A DNA stretch of 64,000 nucleotides from Anaerohalosphaeraceae bacterium (GCA_050309605.1 JBNRMN010000020.1:64001-128000); one strand, 5' to 3'. Positions 41,522-51,792 are shown, counted from the first letter of the stretch. The notes: a model not told the origin generated them from the sequence alone. Program-made: numbers and translations.

Positions 41522-43999
41522 ATGAGCAGCAATAAAAACGACAAATCGAAAAACCGGAATGAGGTTCCGAATCTCTCGGAGCTTTTCAGCGACGATGTCA
41601 AACTGGATACGTCCGCCGGTGACCTCTTCAGCGGCCCCGTGTCCGGACTCAATGACGACAAGGCTTATCTGATGCAAGGCAACGCCGGGCCTCGTCAGGC
41701 CGACAGACGTTTCGCGGCCGCATCTTCCAGCTTCACACAAATGATACTGATCCTTAATATCGTTGTCCTGACCGGCATTCTGGTTTATCTGGTACGCCGT
41801 CCGTTCGGCGTGATTTCAGCCGCTGGTGAGGCACCGACGAAATCAGCGGAGTCGGCCCGCCCTGCTCTGTCCGCGGCGGCATCTGAGGCAAATGATGCAA
41901 CCGACCCGGCGGCGCTGGTCAAAACGATGGAGTTGGGACGGCATACCACCGACGTGCTGGACGGCGCTGTCTCGCTGCAAACCGCCGAGAGATTGTATGC
42001 GTCCAAAGAATACCTCAAGGCCGCCTATGTCTATGAGCGGCTGCGAAGCCATCTGACGCTGCGGACCGACCGGGACGAGGCGCTGGCCGATTGGTTGACG
42101 CTTCAAATGGCGCTGTGCCTGCAAAAAACCCAGGAACAGGAGTTAATGGCCGAACTGTTTACCCGCGCCCTGAACAGTCGTTCACCCGTGGTTCGGGCGC
42201 TGGCCAATTACAATCTGGCCTTTATCCAAAACCATAACCGCAATTTTCTCGAAGCCCGGCGCCACGCTTATCAGGCGATGGCGCTGTTGAAGACGATTGA
42301 AACGTATATGCCGACAACGCTGGAGGCGGACTGTTATTTTCTGGCGGCTGAGTCGCTGACCCGCTATCTGCTGCGAATCGGCAACCAACGCGACGACCTG
42401 CCGGGCAACACCTGGTCGGACGCACAGCCGATTTATTCGCTTCCGATTACCGACCAGGAACAGTTGGGGTATCTGCTGACCGAAGGCATGGATCAACTGA
42501 GCAAATCAGCGATTGCGCCGCTCGTGGCATACGATCCGCAGCGTTCCATCGGCGCCCAGTGGACGGCGTATGCCCTGGACGCACCGCTGGATCAGCTTTT
42601 ATGGCAATACGCCTCGGAAGCCAAAGTCACCCTGAATTTAAACAATCTGTCGTCCTCGGTCCGACAACACAAGACGATGGTGTATTTGCCGCTGGTGGAT
42701 CGCAACTATCTGGCCGAAGTGGCGGTCGGCGCCGCCGGATTGGTCTGGCGGTTTGACGGGCAAACCGGACAAGTGTATGATATTTCGACATTTGAGCATT
42801 CCGATGCACTCCAATCCGTGCTTGTTCGTGAAGCGGCCGCGTCATGGCAGCGCTTCCTGCTGCGGCATCGCGACGACCCGCGCAAGCCCAATGCACATTA
42901 TTGCCTGGGTCAGCTTCACACCATGGCCGACCAGGCGGCCACGGCGCTGGGCGAATATAAACTGGTGGCAACGCAGTATCCCACCCATTCGCTGGCGCCT
43001 TATGCACTGCTCGGCTCCAGCAGAATCAAAACAACCCTTCGCGATTTCAAGGGCGCCCAGACCGATCTGAACGAGTTATTGATTCGTTATCCCAATTCAC
43101 GAATCACCGATGAGGCGCTGCTGTCGCTGGCCGAGGCGACGATGGAAAACGGCAATTACGCTGAAGCCGCCGAGCTGTTTGGCCGCGTGTATCATTTGAT
43201 TATCAATCGCCGCGCCCGCCTGCAATCCGTATTCGGTTTGGGCAAATGCGCCTACGAACAGGGACATTTTGCTGAAGCGGCCAAGTGGCTGACCGAAACC
43301 CTGTCGCTGTTTACCGACAACAGCGACAGACGGCTGGCGGCAGCGTGTTTGATGCTCGGACGGGCATTGATCCAAACCGAACAGTACACCGAGGCGGCCA
43401 AGGTACTGCACAATGCGCTGGGCGCCAAACTGGGCAATCGGGAATATGTCCGGATCGCCCTGAATCTGGCCGAGGCGGAGATGAAACAGCAGCACTATTT
43501 GGGGGCACTGGAGATTTTTGAACGCATTCCCGAATCGCGGCTGACTCAGGAAGATTCGGTTGACGTGATGATTGCCAAAGCGCGGCTGTATCGACAGATT
43601 GACATACCGACGCCGGCAATTGCTCTATTGCGCCGAAAAATTGAATTCATCGCCGAGTCGCGGCTGCGCGCCCTGCTGTCGCTGGAGCTGGCCGAGTGTT
43701 ACCTGCAAAACGGTGAACTGACGCCGGCTCGGCGCGAGCTGAATGAGGCAATGCCGCATTTGCCGACCGGCCGCGAAACCCGCCGAGCAATGTATTTGCT
43801 GGCCCAAATCGCCTACCGCAACAACAATCACAAACAGGCCGAGGCGATCTGTCTGGATGTAATGAAACAAGGTGTTGAAGACGAATCGCTGCGTCGTGAA
43901 GTGCTTGGTCTTCTCGGAACACTCTATACCGAACAGCAAGCCTACGACCGCGCGGCGATGGCATACGCCGGTTTGCTGGAATCCCTGGACGTGCAATGA
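41522..43999 (+). CDS. Membrane-anchored tetratricopeptide-repeat protein (825 aa)
   Basis: One TM (ILILNIVVLTGILVYLV) then many TPR-like helices (AHYCLG, ALLSLAE, SVFGLGKC, YP turns). Confidence 0.8.
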   Translation: MSSNKNDKSKNRNEVPNLSELFSDDVKLDTSAGDLFSGPVSGLNDDKAYLMQGNAGPRQADRRFAAASSSFTQMILILNIVVLTGILVYLVRRPFGVISAAGEAPTKSAESARPALSAAASEANDATDPAALVKTMELGRHTTDVLDGAVSLQTAERLYASKEYLKAAYVYERLRSHLTLRTDRDEALADWLTLQMALCLQKTQEQELMAELFTRALNSRSPVVRALANYNLAFIQNHNRNFLEARRHAYQAMALLKTIETYMPTTLEADCYFLAAESLTRYLLRIGNQRDDLPGNTWSDAQPIYSLPITDQEQLGYLLTEGMDQLSKSAIAPLVAYDPQRSIGAQWTAYALDAPLDQLLWQYASEAKVTLNLNNLSSSVRQHKTMVYLPLVDRNYLAEVAVGAAGLVWRFDGQTGQVYDISTFEHSDALQSVLVREAAASWQRFLLRHRDDPRKPNAHYCLGQLHTMADQAATALGEYKLVATQYPTHSLAPYALLGSSRIKTTLRDFKGAQTDLNELLIRYPNSRITDEALLSLAEATMENGNYAEAAELFGRVYHLIINRRARLQSVFGLGKCAYEQGHFAEAAKWLTETLSLFTDNSDRRLAAACLMLGRALIQTEQYTEAAKVLHNALGAKLGNREYVRIALNLAEAEMKQQHYLGALEIFERIPESRLTQEDSVDVMIAKARLYRQIDIPTPAIALLRRKIEFIAESRLRALLSLELAECYLQNGELTPARRELNEAMPHLPTGRETRRAMYLLAQIAYRNNNHKQAEAICLDVMKQGVEDESLRREVLGLLGTLYTEQQAYDRAAMAYAGLLESLDVQ

Positions 44000-44730
44000 A
44001 ACAAAAACGACATTATTATCATATCGTGTTTTGGTGCATTGCCGCGGCGGCGGCAACGACGAGGGCGTCCGATCCCAATACCGTCCTTGATCAGTCCCGC
44101 ACGCTGCGTCGGCAGTTTATGGCGCACACGCTGTCGGCGGTATCGGAAAAGACGCCCGACGAACAAGAAGCAACACTTGCCGAGTTGATCGAACAGGTGT
44201 TGTCGCTGCAAGCGCCGCGAACAAAGGATCCCAATCAACCGGCACCGTCATCTTATGCCGCAAATGACGATCCGAATTCAAAGCCGCTCGAACACAAAAC
44301 AAGCGCCCCGTCGTCCGCAAAACAAACCACCGAGCAGCAAACCGATGCCGCAACAAAACGGCGGAACCATCTGATTGAATGGCTGAGCACAATCGAGGCC
44401 CCTGAATCGATCCCGTACCCGAAGGAATTGGCGGATGTGCTGTATCGGGCGGGCCGGCTTGAATCGGCGGCGCGCTATTATGACATCGCGCTGTTGCAAA
44501 CCTCCAAAGAACAGGCCCCGATGTATTCGTGGCTGCTGTTTCAATCCGCCAATTGTGTACGTCACACCGACACAGCCAAAGCCAAAGCCCGATACGAGGA
44601 GTTGATTCAATTGTATCCCAACTCCGTCTGGGCCGCCGCGGCGCAGGGGCGGCTGCGGATGCTGAACTGGCTGGAAACAAACCAGACGCAGGTACAACAA
44701 CACACGACAATACGGAGCGAGAATGAATAG
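43996..44730 (+). CDS. Secreted protein with C-terminal TPRs
   Basis: Signal-like N-terminus; LADVLYRAG, YEELIQLYPNSVWA; overlaps both neighbours. Confidence 0.7.
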   Translation: MKQKRHYYHIVFWCIAAAAATTRASDPNTVLDQSRTLRRQFMAHTLSAVSEKTPDEQEATLAELIEQVLSLQAPRTKDPNQPAPSSYAANDDPNSKPLEHKTSAPSSAKQTTEQQTDAATKRRNHLIEWLSTIEAPESIPYPKELADVLYRAGRLESAARYYDIALLQTSKEQAPMYSWLLFQSANCVRHTDTAKAKARYEELIQLYPNSVWAAAAQGRLRMLNWLETNQTQVQQHTTIRSENE

Positions 44731-46129
44731 CGAAACCTATTATCATGTGCTGATGCTTGAACGGGATTCGCGTCAGTTGCGCGAGGCGCTGGCGGTGCTG
44801 GCTCGGCGCAATCTGCGCGGTACGGTCGCCACAACCGCACGGGCGGCGCGAACGTTTCTGGAACAATATCGGTGGCATTTGGTGTTCATCGGAGATGATT
44901 TTCCAGTCGAGTCGGGCGGGCCGGGAAGCGATCTGCTGACGCTGCTGCGGACGGAGCATCCTGAAGTGCCGATTGTAATGATTTGCGAAAACCAGGCCTC
45001 TCAAGCAGCGGTCGCCGGACTGCGCGCCGGCTGCGTCGATGTCCTTGAAAAGCCGCTCCAGGCTGAGGCCGTGGAGGCCCTTCTGGATCGCCGGCTTCCC
45101 AATCACAAGGCCGGACGCATTGCAACGGTCATCGGTGACGACGGTCGGGCATACCCGATTATCGGACAAAGTAAACCTTTACGGCAGGCGGTTCGCATGG
45201 CCGAGGCAGTCGCGGCGACCTCGGCGCCGGTCTTGATCACCGGCCCCAGCGGCACGGGCAAGGAACTGCTGGCCGGACTGATTCACGACCGCAGCAAGCG
45301 ATCCGGCGGCCCCCTCGTGCGGGTCAATTGTGCGGCGCTGAGCGAATCGCTGCTCGAAAGCGAGCTGTTCGGCCATGAAAAAGGCGCCTTTACCGGTGCG
45401 CTGGTGTGCCACAAAGGCCGGCTGGAACGCGCTCACGGCGGCACGCTCTTTCTCGATGAGATTACCGAAACGCCGCCGCCGTTTCAGGCCAAGCTGCTTC
45501 GCGCTCTGGAACAGATGCAGTTTGAGCGGGTCGGCGGCAGCGAGAGCATCCGCGTCAATGTCCGTTTGATCAGCACGACCAATCAGGATATCATCCGGCA
45601 GGTTCACACCGGGGCGTTCCGCGCCGATCTGTATTATCGTCTCTGCGGCGTTCATATCGCCATGCCCGCCCTTGCGGACCGTAAAGACGATCTGCCGGAG
45701 CTGATTTGGTGGTTTGTCAATGAGTTTGCCGGCGAGGCGGGACGTGCGATTACCGAAATCGACCGGCGCACGCTGGATGTGTTCAACGCCTATTCATGGC
45801 CGGGCAATATCCGGCAGCTTCGCAATGTGGTGCGAAGCGCGATGATCCTTGGCAAAGGATCGAAACTGTCAATTACCGAGACGCCGTGGCTGTTGCAGGA
45901 ATTGCGGCGCAACCTCGGCGTTCAGCCGTTGGATGACGAACCGCCGTTTGCCCTGGCGGGCCATTCGCTTGAAGAATTGGAACGGCGGGCCATCCTGGAT
46001 ACGCTGCGGCGGGAAGACGGCAATCGAACACGAGCGGCGAGAATTCTCGGCATCAGCGACCGAACATTGCGTCAGAAAGTAAAAAAATACAACGATGTCG
46101 CAGAACCGGCCGTCACGGCCGTGGATTAG
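44723..46129 (+). CDS. Sigma54-dependent activator with atypical receiver domain (FleQ/FlrA/FlrC-like)
   Basis: GPSGTGKE, ESELFGHEKGAFTGA, LFLDEI, FRADLYYRL, WPGNIRQL, Fis-type HTH. Confidence 0.92.
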   Translation: MNSETYYHVLMLERDSRQLREALAVLARRNLRGTVATTARAARTFLEQYRWHLVFIGDDFPVESGGPGSDLLTLLRTEHPEVPIVMICENQASQAAVAGLRAGCVDVLEKPLQAEAVEALLDRRLPNHKAGRIATVIGDDGRAYPIIGQSKPLRQAVRMAEAVAATSAPVLITGPSGTGKELLAGLIHDRSKRSGGPLVRVNCAALSESLLESELFGHEKGAFTGALVCHKGRLERAHGGTLFLDEITETPPPFQAKLLRALEQMQFERVGGSESIRVNVRLISTTNQDIIRQVHTGAFRADLYYRLCGVHIAMPALADRKDDLPELIWWFVNEFAGEAGRAITEIDRRTLDVFNAYSWPGNIRQLRNVVRSAMILGKGSKLSITETPWLLQELRRNLGVQPLDDEPPFALAGHSLEELERRAILDTLRREDGNRTRAARILGISDRTLRQKVKKYNDVAEPAVTAVD

Positions 46130-46203
46130 CGGTCTGAGAACAGACCGGATGGATGGTAGGAATCAAACACAAGACAGACTCGATAACCGTGTGAGAGCAA
46201 ACA

Positions 46204-46785
46204 ATGGCCAAAGACAAAGATCAAAACGTGAAAAAAGAAGACAAAGAAAAAACCGGTTCACCCTCCGCAGGCGGACCAGGATTATTGTCATGGCTGATTT
46301 TGGGCGCTGTGGTTGCAGCCGGCGCTACCGGCGGCTTCGCCCTGTCCCAACTGCTGGGCGGTCAGGACAACGCGGCAATCCCCAAATCGAATGGTACGCC
46401 GGAAAACAACGTCAAGACGTTTGATGAGGTGCTGGCTCAACAGGCCGCCAACGGCGCATCGCCGTGGATTTACGACGCGATGGAACCGGTGCTGGCCAAT
46501 CTGGATGAACCGGGCGTAACGCGCTATGTGCGCGTGTCGATTTCGCTGGAAATCAGCCCCGAGCTGGACCCGGAAAAAGGCACGGTCTTTCTGGAGCAGC
46601 GTGCGATGGTGCTGCGCGACTGGCTGACGACGTATTTTGCGGGATTAAGCCTTGAAGACGTTCGCGGGAGCCGGAACCTGAATCGCATCAAACGCGATGT
46701 ACAGGACCAGTTCAATCAATTGTTGTTTCCGGACGCCAAGCCGTTCATCCGTCAAATATTGTTTCGGGAGTTTGCGGTTCAATGA
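46204..46785 (+). CDS. fliL: Flagellar basal body-associated FliL family protein
   Basis: N-terminal TM; PVLANL, RYVRVSISLE, LRDWL, IRQILFREFAVQ. Confidence 0.85.
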   Translation: MAKDKDQNVKKEDKEKTGSPSAGGPGLLSWLILGAVVAAGATGGFALSQLLGGQDNAAIPKSNGTPENNVKTFDEVLAQQAANGASPWIYDAMEPVLANLDEPGVTRYVRVSISLEISPELDPEKGTVFLEQRAMVLRDWLTTYFAGLSLEDVRGSRNLNRIKRDVQDQFNQLLFPDAKPFIRQILFREFAVQ

Positions 46786-47756
46786 CTCAGACGCCTCAGG
46801 ACAATCCGATGGCCGGTCGTCATCTGCTGGAGCTAATGCAGACGATGCGGTCGCTGGTCGAGCCGGAAACACACCGTCCGGACGCCGAAGCGGTGGATTG
46901 GTACATTCCTCACCGGCTCAACAGCGAAAGCAGGGAATCGCTGATGCTGTTCAGTGTCAAATTGGCCGGGTATTTGGAAAAAAGTCTGCACACGCTGGCC
47001 GGGGCGACGTTCGAGGTGCGGGCCGAAGGCCTCTATGAGCGGTACGCCGACCAACTGTACGCCCACGTCATGCAGAAGCAGCCGAAAACCTACTATATGC
47101 CCGTCTTGCAGCCGAACAAAGGGCCGGTGGGATTTATCAGTCTCCCGTTTGAGACAGCGACGCTGCTGGTCGGATTTATGCTGCGCGATCCGGAGTCGCA
47201 AATCGGCGACAACGGACAGATGACCACGCTGGCCGAATCGATTCTGCTGGATGCAACCTCGTCGCTGGCCGAGGTGCTGGCTGAAGGCTTTAACGAATAC
47301 GGACGGATCCCCATCCAGAAAAGCAATCAGATCATCTACAGCGACTGGCCTGTCCCGTTTCACAACCTGGATGATATGTGCGAATTTCGCTTTGAGGCCG
47401 TCAGCGGCCAGGCCAAGCTGACGGTATCGCTGACGGTCGTCGATGAGGTCATTGCCGAGATTGCTCAGATCAAAGGGCCGTTCAGTCGAGCGGTTGAAAA
47501 AAAAGGAAATCCCGACCACATCGTCAAACAAATGCACGAAGCGCCGATGCGGATAACCGCTCTGCTCAGTAGGGCACTGATGACGCTGAAAGATATTTTG
47601 TCGCTGGAAGAAGGCGATGTGGTGGTTTTGGATCGCCAAATCACCGAGCCGGCGGATGTACTGATCAACGGACGGACAACCTTCAGTGCCTGGCCGGCCA
47701 AGGCGGCCGGCCGACGGGCGCTGCTGATCTCCGGTGAAAAAGTGTCCCGTTTGTAA
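46782..47756 (+). CDS. fliM: Divergent FliM-like switch protein
   Basis: CheC-like middle (MTTLAESIL) and C-terminal SPOA (MTLKDILSLEEGDVVVLD); sits between fliL and fliN. Confidence 0.7.
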   Translation: MTQTPQDNPMAGRHLLELMQTMRSLVEPETHRPDAEAVDWYIPHRLNSESRESLMLFSVKLAGYLEKSLHTLAGATFEVRAEGLYERYADQLYAHVMQKQPKTYYMPVLQPNKGPVGFISLPFETATLLVGFMLRDPESQIGDNGQMTTLAESILLDATSSLAEVLAEGFNEYGRIPIQKSNQIIYSDWPVPFHNLDDMCEFRFEAVSGQAKLTVSLTVVDEVIAEIAQIKGPFSRAVEKKGNPDHIVKQMHEAPMRITALLSRALMTLKDILSLEEGDVVVLDRQITEPADVLINGRTTFSAWPAKAAGRRALLISGEKVSRL

Positions 47757-47812
47757 AACACAGCGCCGTCGGCAATAAAACAAAACGCTGACATTGAGAA
47801 CAGGATATCACA

Positions 47813-48217
47813 ATGGCCAAAACAGAAACACCTGACGCCGAAAAAACTGAACAAACCGAAATGCAGGAAGCGCAGACCGAAGAGACCCCCGTCCAGACGG
47901 CCGCCTTTGAAGAAGTCGAAGACGCCGGCCCTTCCGAGCAGGAGAATTTATCGGTTTTGCTGGATATCCAGATGCCGATTACGGTCGTTCTGGGGACGAC
48001 CGAGGTCCCGTTTCGCAGGCTCTTGCAGTTGGGACCCGGCTCGGTGCTCGAGCTGGATCAGGCGATCGGCCAGCCGGCGGAATTGTATGTGCAGGGCATT
48101 CGTCTGGCCACCGGCGACGTGGTGGTCGTGGATGATCACTACGGCCTGCGGATTCGGCACGTGATGGGCAGTCAGGTCAAACAGCTTGATCCGACACAGG
48201 AAACGAAAAACGCATAA
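47813..48217 (+). CDS. fliN: Flagellar switch protein FliN
   Basis: LLDIQMPITVVLG, LLQLGPGSVLELD, ATGDVVVVDDHYGLRI. Confidence 0.9.
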   Translation: MAKTETPDAEKTEQTEMQEAQTEETPVQTAAFEEVEDAGPSEQENLSVLLDIQMPITVVLGTTEVPFRRLLQLGPGSVLELDQAIGQPAELYVQGIRLATGDVVVVDDHYGLRIRHVMGSQVKQLDPTQETKNA

Positions 48218-48235
48218 TCTCTCTTGACAGGACGT

Positions 48236-50380
48236 ATGAGCGAATCGACGGGACAACATGCAAAACCTCACGCAGAAGGCGGCGCACTGCGATTCGGCGG
48301 CAATACGAATTTTATCTTTGCGGCCGGCCTGGTGGCGATTCTGGCAACGCTGCTGATCCCGCTGCCGACGTTTCTGCTGGACATCGGACTGGCGTGCAGC
48401 ATTTCGCTGGCGGTGGCGGTGCTGATTATCGTGCTCGGCTCCAATGAGCCGCTGGAACTGTCCACATTTCCCTCGCTGCTGCTGATTACGACGCTGTTTC
48501 GCCTGTCGCTGAACGTCGCTTCCACGCGGCTGATTCTGCTGCGCGGCGATGCAGGTACGATCATTGACACCTTCGGCCATTTCGTCGCCGGCGGCAATCT
48601 GATTGTCGGGCTGGTGATGTTTTTGATCCTGATGGTCATTCAGTTTGTAGTCATTACCAAAGGCGCCGGGCGCATCAGTGAAGTGGCCGCGCGATTCGTG
48701 CTGGACGCCATGCCGGGCAAACAAATGGCCATTGACGCCGATCTGAACGCCGGCGCCATCACCGAAAAAGAAGCCAAAGCCCGACGCGACGCCATTGTCA
48801 AAGAAAGCGAATTTTACGGTGCCATGGACGGCGCCAGCAAATTTATTTCCGGCGACGCCAAAGCGGGGCTGATCATCACCGCTGTCAACCTGATCGGCGG
48901 CATTCTGCTGGGCTACACACACGGCATGCCCATCGCCGACGCCCTGCAGCGCTACGCCGTGCTGTCCATCGGCGACGGTCTGGTCAGCCAGATTCCTTCG
49001 ATTATCATCGCGGTCAGCAGCGGTTTTCTGGTCAGTAAAATCCGCTCCGAGCACACCGTCAGCGTCGATATGACCCGCCAGTTGCTTCGGCACAATCAGC
49101 CGCTGCTGATTGCCGCCAGCGTGATCGGCGCCTTTACGCTGGTGCCGGGCTTTCCCAAGATTCCGTTCCTGCTGCTGGGCGGCGGCTGCGGAACGCTGGC
49201 CTGGCTGGTACGAAAACAATCCGCCGCGCCGCAAACGAAGGCCGAAGACGAAACCGAGCGGGCCGATGTCAAGGATGAAAGTGCGGCCGTCGAGGAGCTG
49301 CTGCAGGCCGACATTCTGTCGATTCTGGTGGGCGTCCGGCTGATTAGTCTGGTCGATCCGCGAAAAAAAACCAGCATCTTTGATCGCATCGGAGCGCTGC
49401 GCAAAAAATTCGCCCAAAAATACGGCTTTATTATTCCGCTGGTCCGGCTGCGCGACAACATTAGTCTGGAACCGAACGCCTATGAGATTCGTTTGTACGA
49501 TCATGTGATTGCCTCCGGCACGCTGGAGCCGGGGCGTTATCTGGCAATGGATCCGGGCACGGTGCAGCGTCCGGTCAAAGGAATCTCAACCAAGGAACCG
49601 GTGTACGGGCTGCCGGCGTTGTGGATCAATGAAGCCGACAAAGAAAAAGCCGAATTGGCCGGTTACACCGTCATCGATCCTGAGTCGGTCTTGATGACCC
49701 ATCTGTCCGAGACGCTGAGCCGACACGCCCACGAACTGCTGACGCGCGAAGACGTTCAGCAGTTGCTGGAACGGCTGCGTAAAGTCCAACCGTCGCTGGT
49801 CGGCGAAGTGGTGCCCGAAGTGGTCTCGGTGGGACTGCTACAGCGTGTGCTTCAGAACCTGCTGCGTGAGGAGATTTCCATTCGCGATCTGCCGTTGATC
49901 CTTGAGGCACTCGGCGAACACGGGGGACGCACCAAGAACGCCGTGCTGCTGACCGAACTGGCTCGCAAGGCCCTGGCTCGCACGATCACCGAACAGCACA
50001 AGGCCAATGACGGAACCCTTTACGCCATTACGCTTGATCCGACCGTGGAACATACGCTGCTTGGGCAGGTCAATCAGAGCAATGACGCCATCGGCCTTTC
50101 GGTTGATCCGGAAACCGCATCCTGCCTCGGTCAGGCCGCCGCGCAGGCCTGGAAGGCGGTGATGGAAAAAGGCATTGACCATGCCATTGTCCTGTGCGAT
50201 GCACGGCTGCGGGCGGGACTGCGAACCCTGCTGCAGCGGACGATTCCGCGACTGCCCATCATCGCTTATGATGAAATTGTTCCGGCAAGTCCCATCGAAC
50301 CGGTCGAAATGCTCACGCTGCCCGACGGCGTCGGCAACGGCGGCGACGGCGTTGACGCCGGACAATTGATGACGGTATAA
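48236..50380 (+). CDS. flhA: Flagellar export gate protein FlhA (FHIPEP family)
   Basis: FPSLLLITTLFRLSLNVASTR, VITKGAGRISEVAARFVLDAMPGKQMAIDADL, EFYGAMDGASKF, SIGDGLVSQIP. Confidence 0.95.
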   Translation: MSESTGQHAKPHAEGGALRFGGNTNFIFAAGLVAILATLLIPLPTFLLDIGLACSISLAVAVLIIVLGSNEPLELSTFPSLLLITTLFRLSLNVASTRLILLRGDAGTIIDTFGHFVAGGNLIVGLVMFLILMVIQFVVITKGAGRISEVAARFVLDAMPGKQMAIDADLNAGAITEKEAKARRDAIVKESEFYGAMDGASKFISGDAKAGLIITAVNLIGGILLGYTHGMPIADALQRYAVLSIGDGLVSQIPSIIIAVSSGFLVSKIRSEHTVSVDMTRQLLRHNQPLLIAASVIGAFTLVPGFPKIPFLLLGGGCGTLAWLVRKQSAAPQTKAEDETERADVKDESAAVEELLQADILSILVGVRLISLVDPRKKTSIFDRIGALRKKFAQKYGFIIPLVRLRDNISLEPNAYEIRLYDHVIASGTLEPGRYLAMDPGTVQRPVKGISTKEPVYGLPALWINEADKEKAELAGYTVIDPESVLMTHLSETLSRHAHELLTREDVQQLLERLRKVQPSLVGEVVPEVVSVGLLQRVLQNLLREEISIRDLPLILEALGEHGGRTKNAVLLTELARKALARTITEQHKANDGTLYAITLDPTVEHTLLGQVNQSNDAIGLSVDPETASCLGQAAAQAWKAVMEKGIDHAIVLCDARLRAGLRTLLQRTIPRLPIIAYDEIVPASPIEPVEMLTLPDGVGNGGDGVDAGQLMTV

Positions 50381-50407
50381 ATGACAACCATTTAACGTGT
50401 TAAATAG

Positions 50408-50647
50408 ATGGATAAAACAATACGCAACATAGCGATTCGGTTGGCGGTGCTGCTGTTTTTTGTGATGGCACTGATTGGATGGCTCAGCGGGCTTGAGCCG
50501 ATGGTTTGTACCCAGCGGGCATTGATCGGGGCGGCCGCATTGTATCTGACGGTATGTATCGCGGGCAATCTGATTGTGCGTATATTGGTGGACGCGATGG
50601 CGCAGGATCGGGCGCGTCGTCGTCATCGGAAAAATCAACACACGTAA
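50408..50647 (+). CDS. Small two-TM membrane protein
   Basis: 79 aa, two hydrophobic helices, fills the flhA-fliA gap. Confidence 0.7.
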   Translation: MDKTIRNIAIRLAVLLFFVMALIGWLSGLEPMVCTQRALIGAAALYLTVCIAGNLIVRILVDAMAQDRARRRHRKNQHT

Positions 50648-50657
50648 ACGGTAACTT

Positions 50658-51542
50658 ATGACGATACCTCAGGACACCCAGAACATTCAGACGGAATTGG
50701 GCGGCGGCGAAAGCGTCCGGGCCGCGGCGTGTGAATTCAACGCCCCGCCGCCACACGCCGGACAAGCACTCCGCGCCTACGATGACCAGATGCGGCGCCG
50801 GCGGGAGGACGAGCTGATCATTCAATATCTGCCGCTGGTGCATCGCATCGTTCGGCAGGTCGCCTCATACCTGCAGCCGCCGCTGTCGCGCGACGATCTG
50901 ATTTCCGCCGGGACGATCGGCCTTGTCAAGGCGGCACGGGACTACGATGCGGCCAAAGACGCCGAGTTCAAAACCTACGCTTATATCCGGATCCGCGGGG
51001 CGGTCATTGACGAACTGCGCGGCTGGTCGTTTACACCGACGACCAGTAAAAAACTGTTCGATCAGGTGCAGACCGTCGCCGAGCGGTATTTGCAGGAAAA
51101 CGGAACCATCGCCTCCGATGACTATATCGCCGAGGCGCTGAATCTGCCGCTTGAAAAAGTCTATCAGGTTTATGAATCCGCCCGGGCGCGGCATTTTCTG
51201 TCCATCAGCGGCGCCGATGATGAATCCCCGGCGCTGGGCCACTGCCTGACCGCTCCGAACAGTCACGCCCCCGGCGACCGCCTCGAACACGAGGAAATGA
51301 AAGCAACGCTGGCCCGGGCGATTGAGGAACTGCCGGAAAAACAGCGACACATCATTCTGTTGTACTATCACCGTGAACTGACGATGAAACAGGTATCCGA
51401 AGCGATGGAGCTGACCGAATCACGCATCAGCCAGCTTCACGCCGCCGCGTTATTCAAGCTGTCAACGCGAATGAAGCAATGGCAGCACGATGAACCGGTT
51501 AAAACAGAACAAAAACCCCACGACATGATAAGGAGTCACTGA
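50658..51542 (+). CDS. fliA: FliA/WhiG family sigma factor (sigma28)
   Basis: LIIQYLPLV, DDLISAGTIGL, FKTYAYIRIRGAVIDELR, LYYHRELTMKQV, TESRISQLH. Confidence 0.93.
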   Translation: MTIPQDTQNIQTELGGGESVRAAACEFNAPPPHAGQALRAYDDQMRRRREDELIIQYLPLVHRIVRQVASYLQPPLSRDDLISAGTIGLVKAARDYDAAKDAEFKTYAYIRIRGAVIDELRGWSFTPTTSKKLFDQVQTVAERYLQENGTIASDDYIAEALNLPLEKVYQVYESARARHFLSISGADDESPALGHCLTAPNSHAPGDRLEHEEMKATLARAIEELPEKQRHIILLYYHRELTMKQVSEAMELTESRISQLHAAALFKLSTRMKQWQHDEPVKTEQKPHDMIRSH

Positions 51543-51769
51543 TGGCCGCACACGATGAGTCGCTGGATCGCGTCCAGTCGCCGACGGTGGTCGCCCAGCC
51601 GGTCTCCATCGGCCCGCGTCAGGCCGAGAACAAAAAAGAGGACGCCCGTAAAGGCAAAAAACACCGGCGCCGTCCGCGTCCGAGCATTGAAGAAACGCTC
51701 CGACAGGAACAGACGCAGCGCGAATGCGACGGCGACGAGGAGCAGACTCATATTGATTATCACGCTTAA
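51542..51769 (+). CDS. Small hypothetical protein (basic stretch, C-terminal IDYHA)
   Basis: ATG overlaps the fliA stop; AAGGAG RBS. Confidence 0.6.
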   Translation: MAAHDESLDRVQSPTVVAQPVSIGPRQAENKKEDARKGKKHRRRPRPSIEETLRQEQTQRECDGDEEQTHIDYHA

Positions 51770-51792
51770 CAGTGACGAGGAGACCAGCTCAG

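Noticed and set aside
46160..46186. CTCGATAA upstream of fliL as an internal sigma28 promoter
   Set aside because: The -10 matches the flgM site, but there is no TAAA-like -35 at 15-16 bp spacing.
46204..50380. Non-flagellar type III injectisome
   Set aside because: FliL, separate FliM/FliN, FliA and a FlgM-like gene indicate flagellar ancestry; no SctC/J/N/RSTU in the window.
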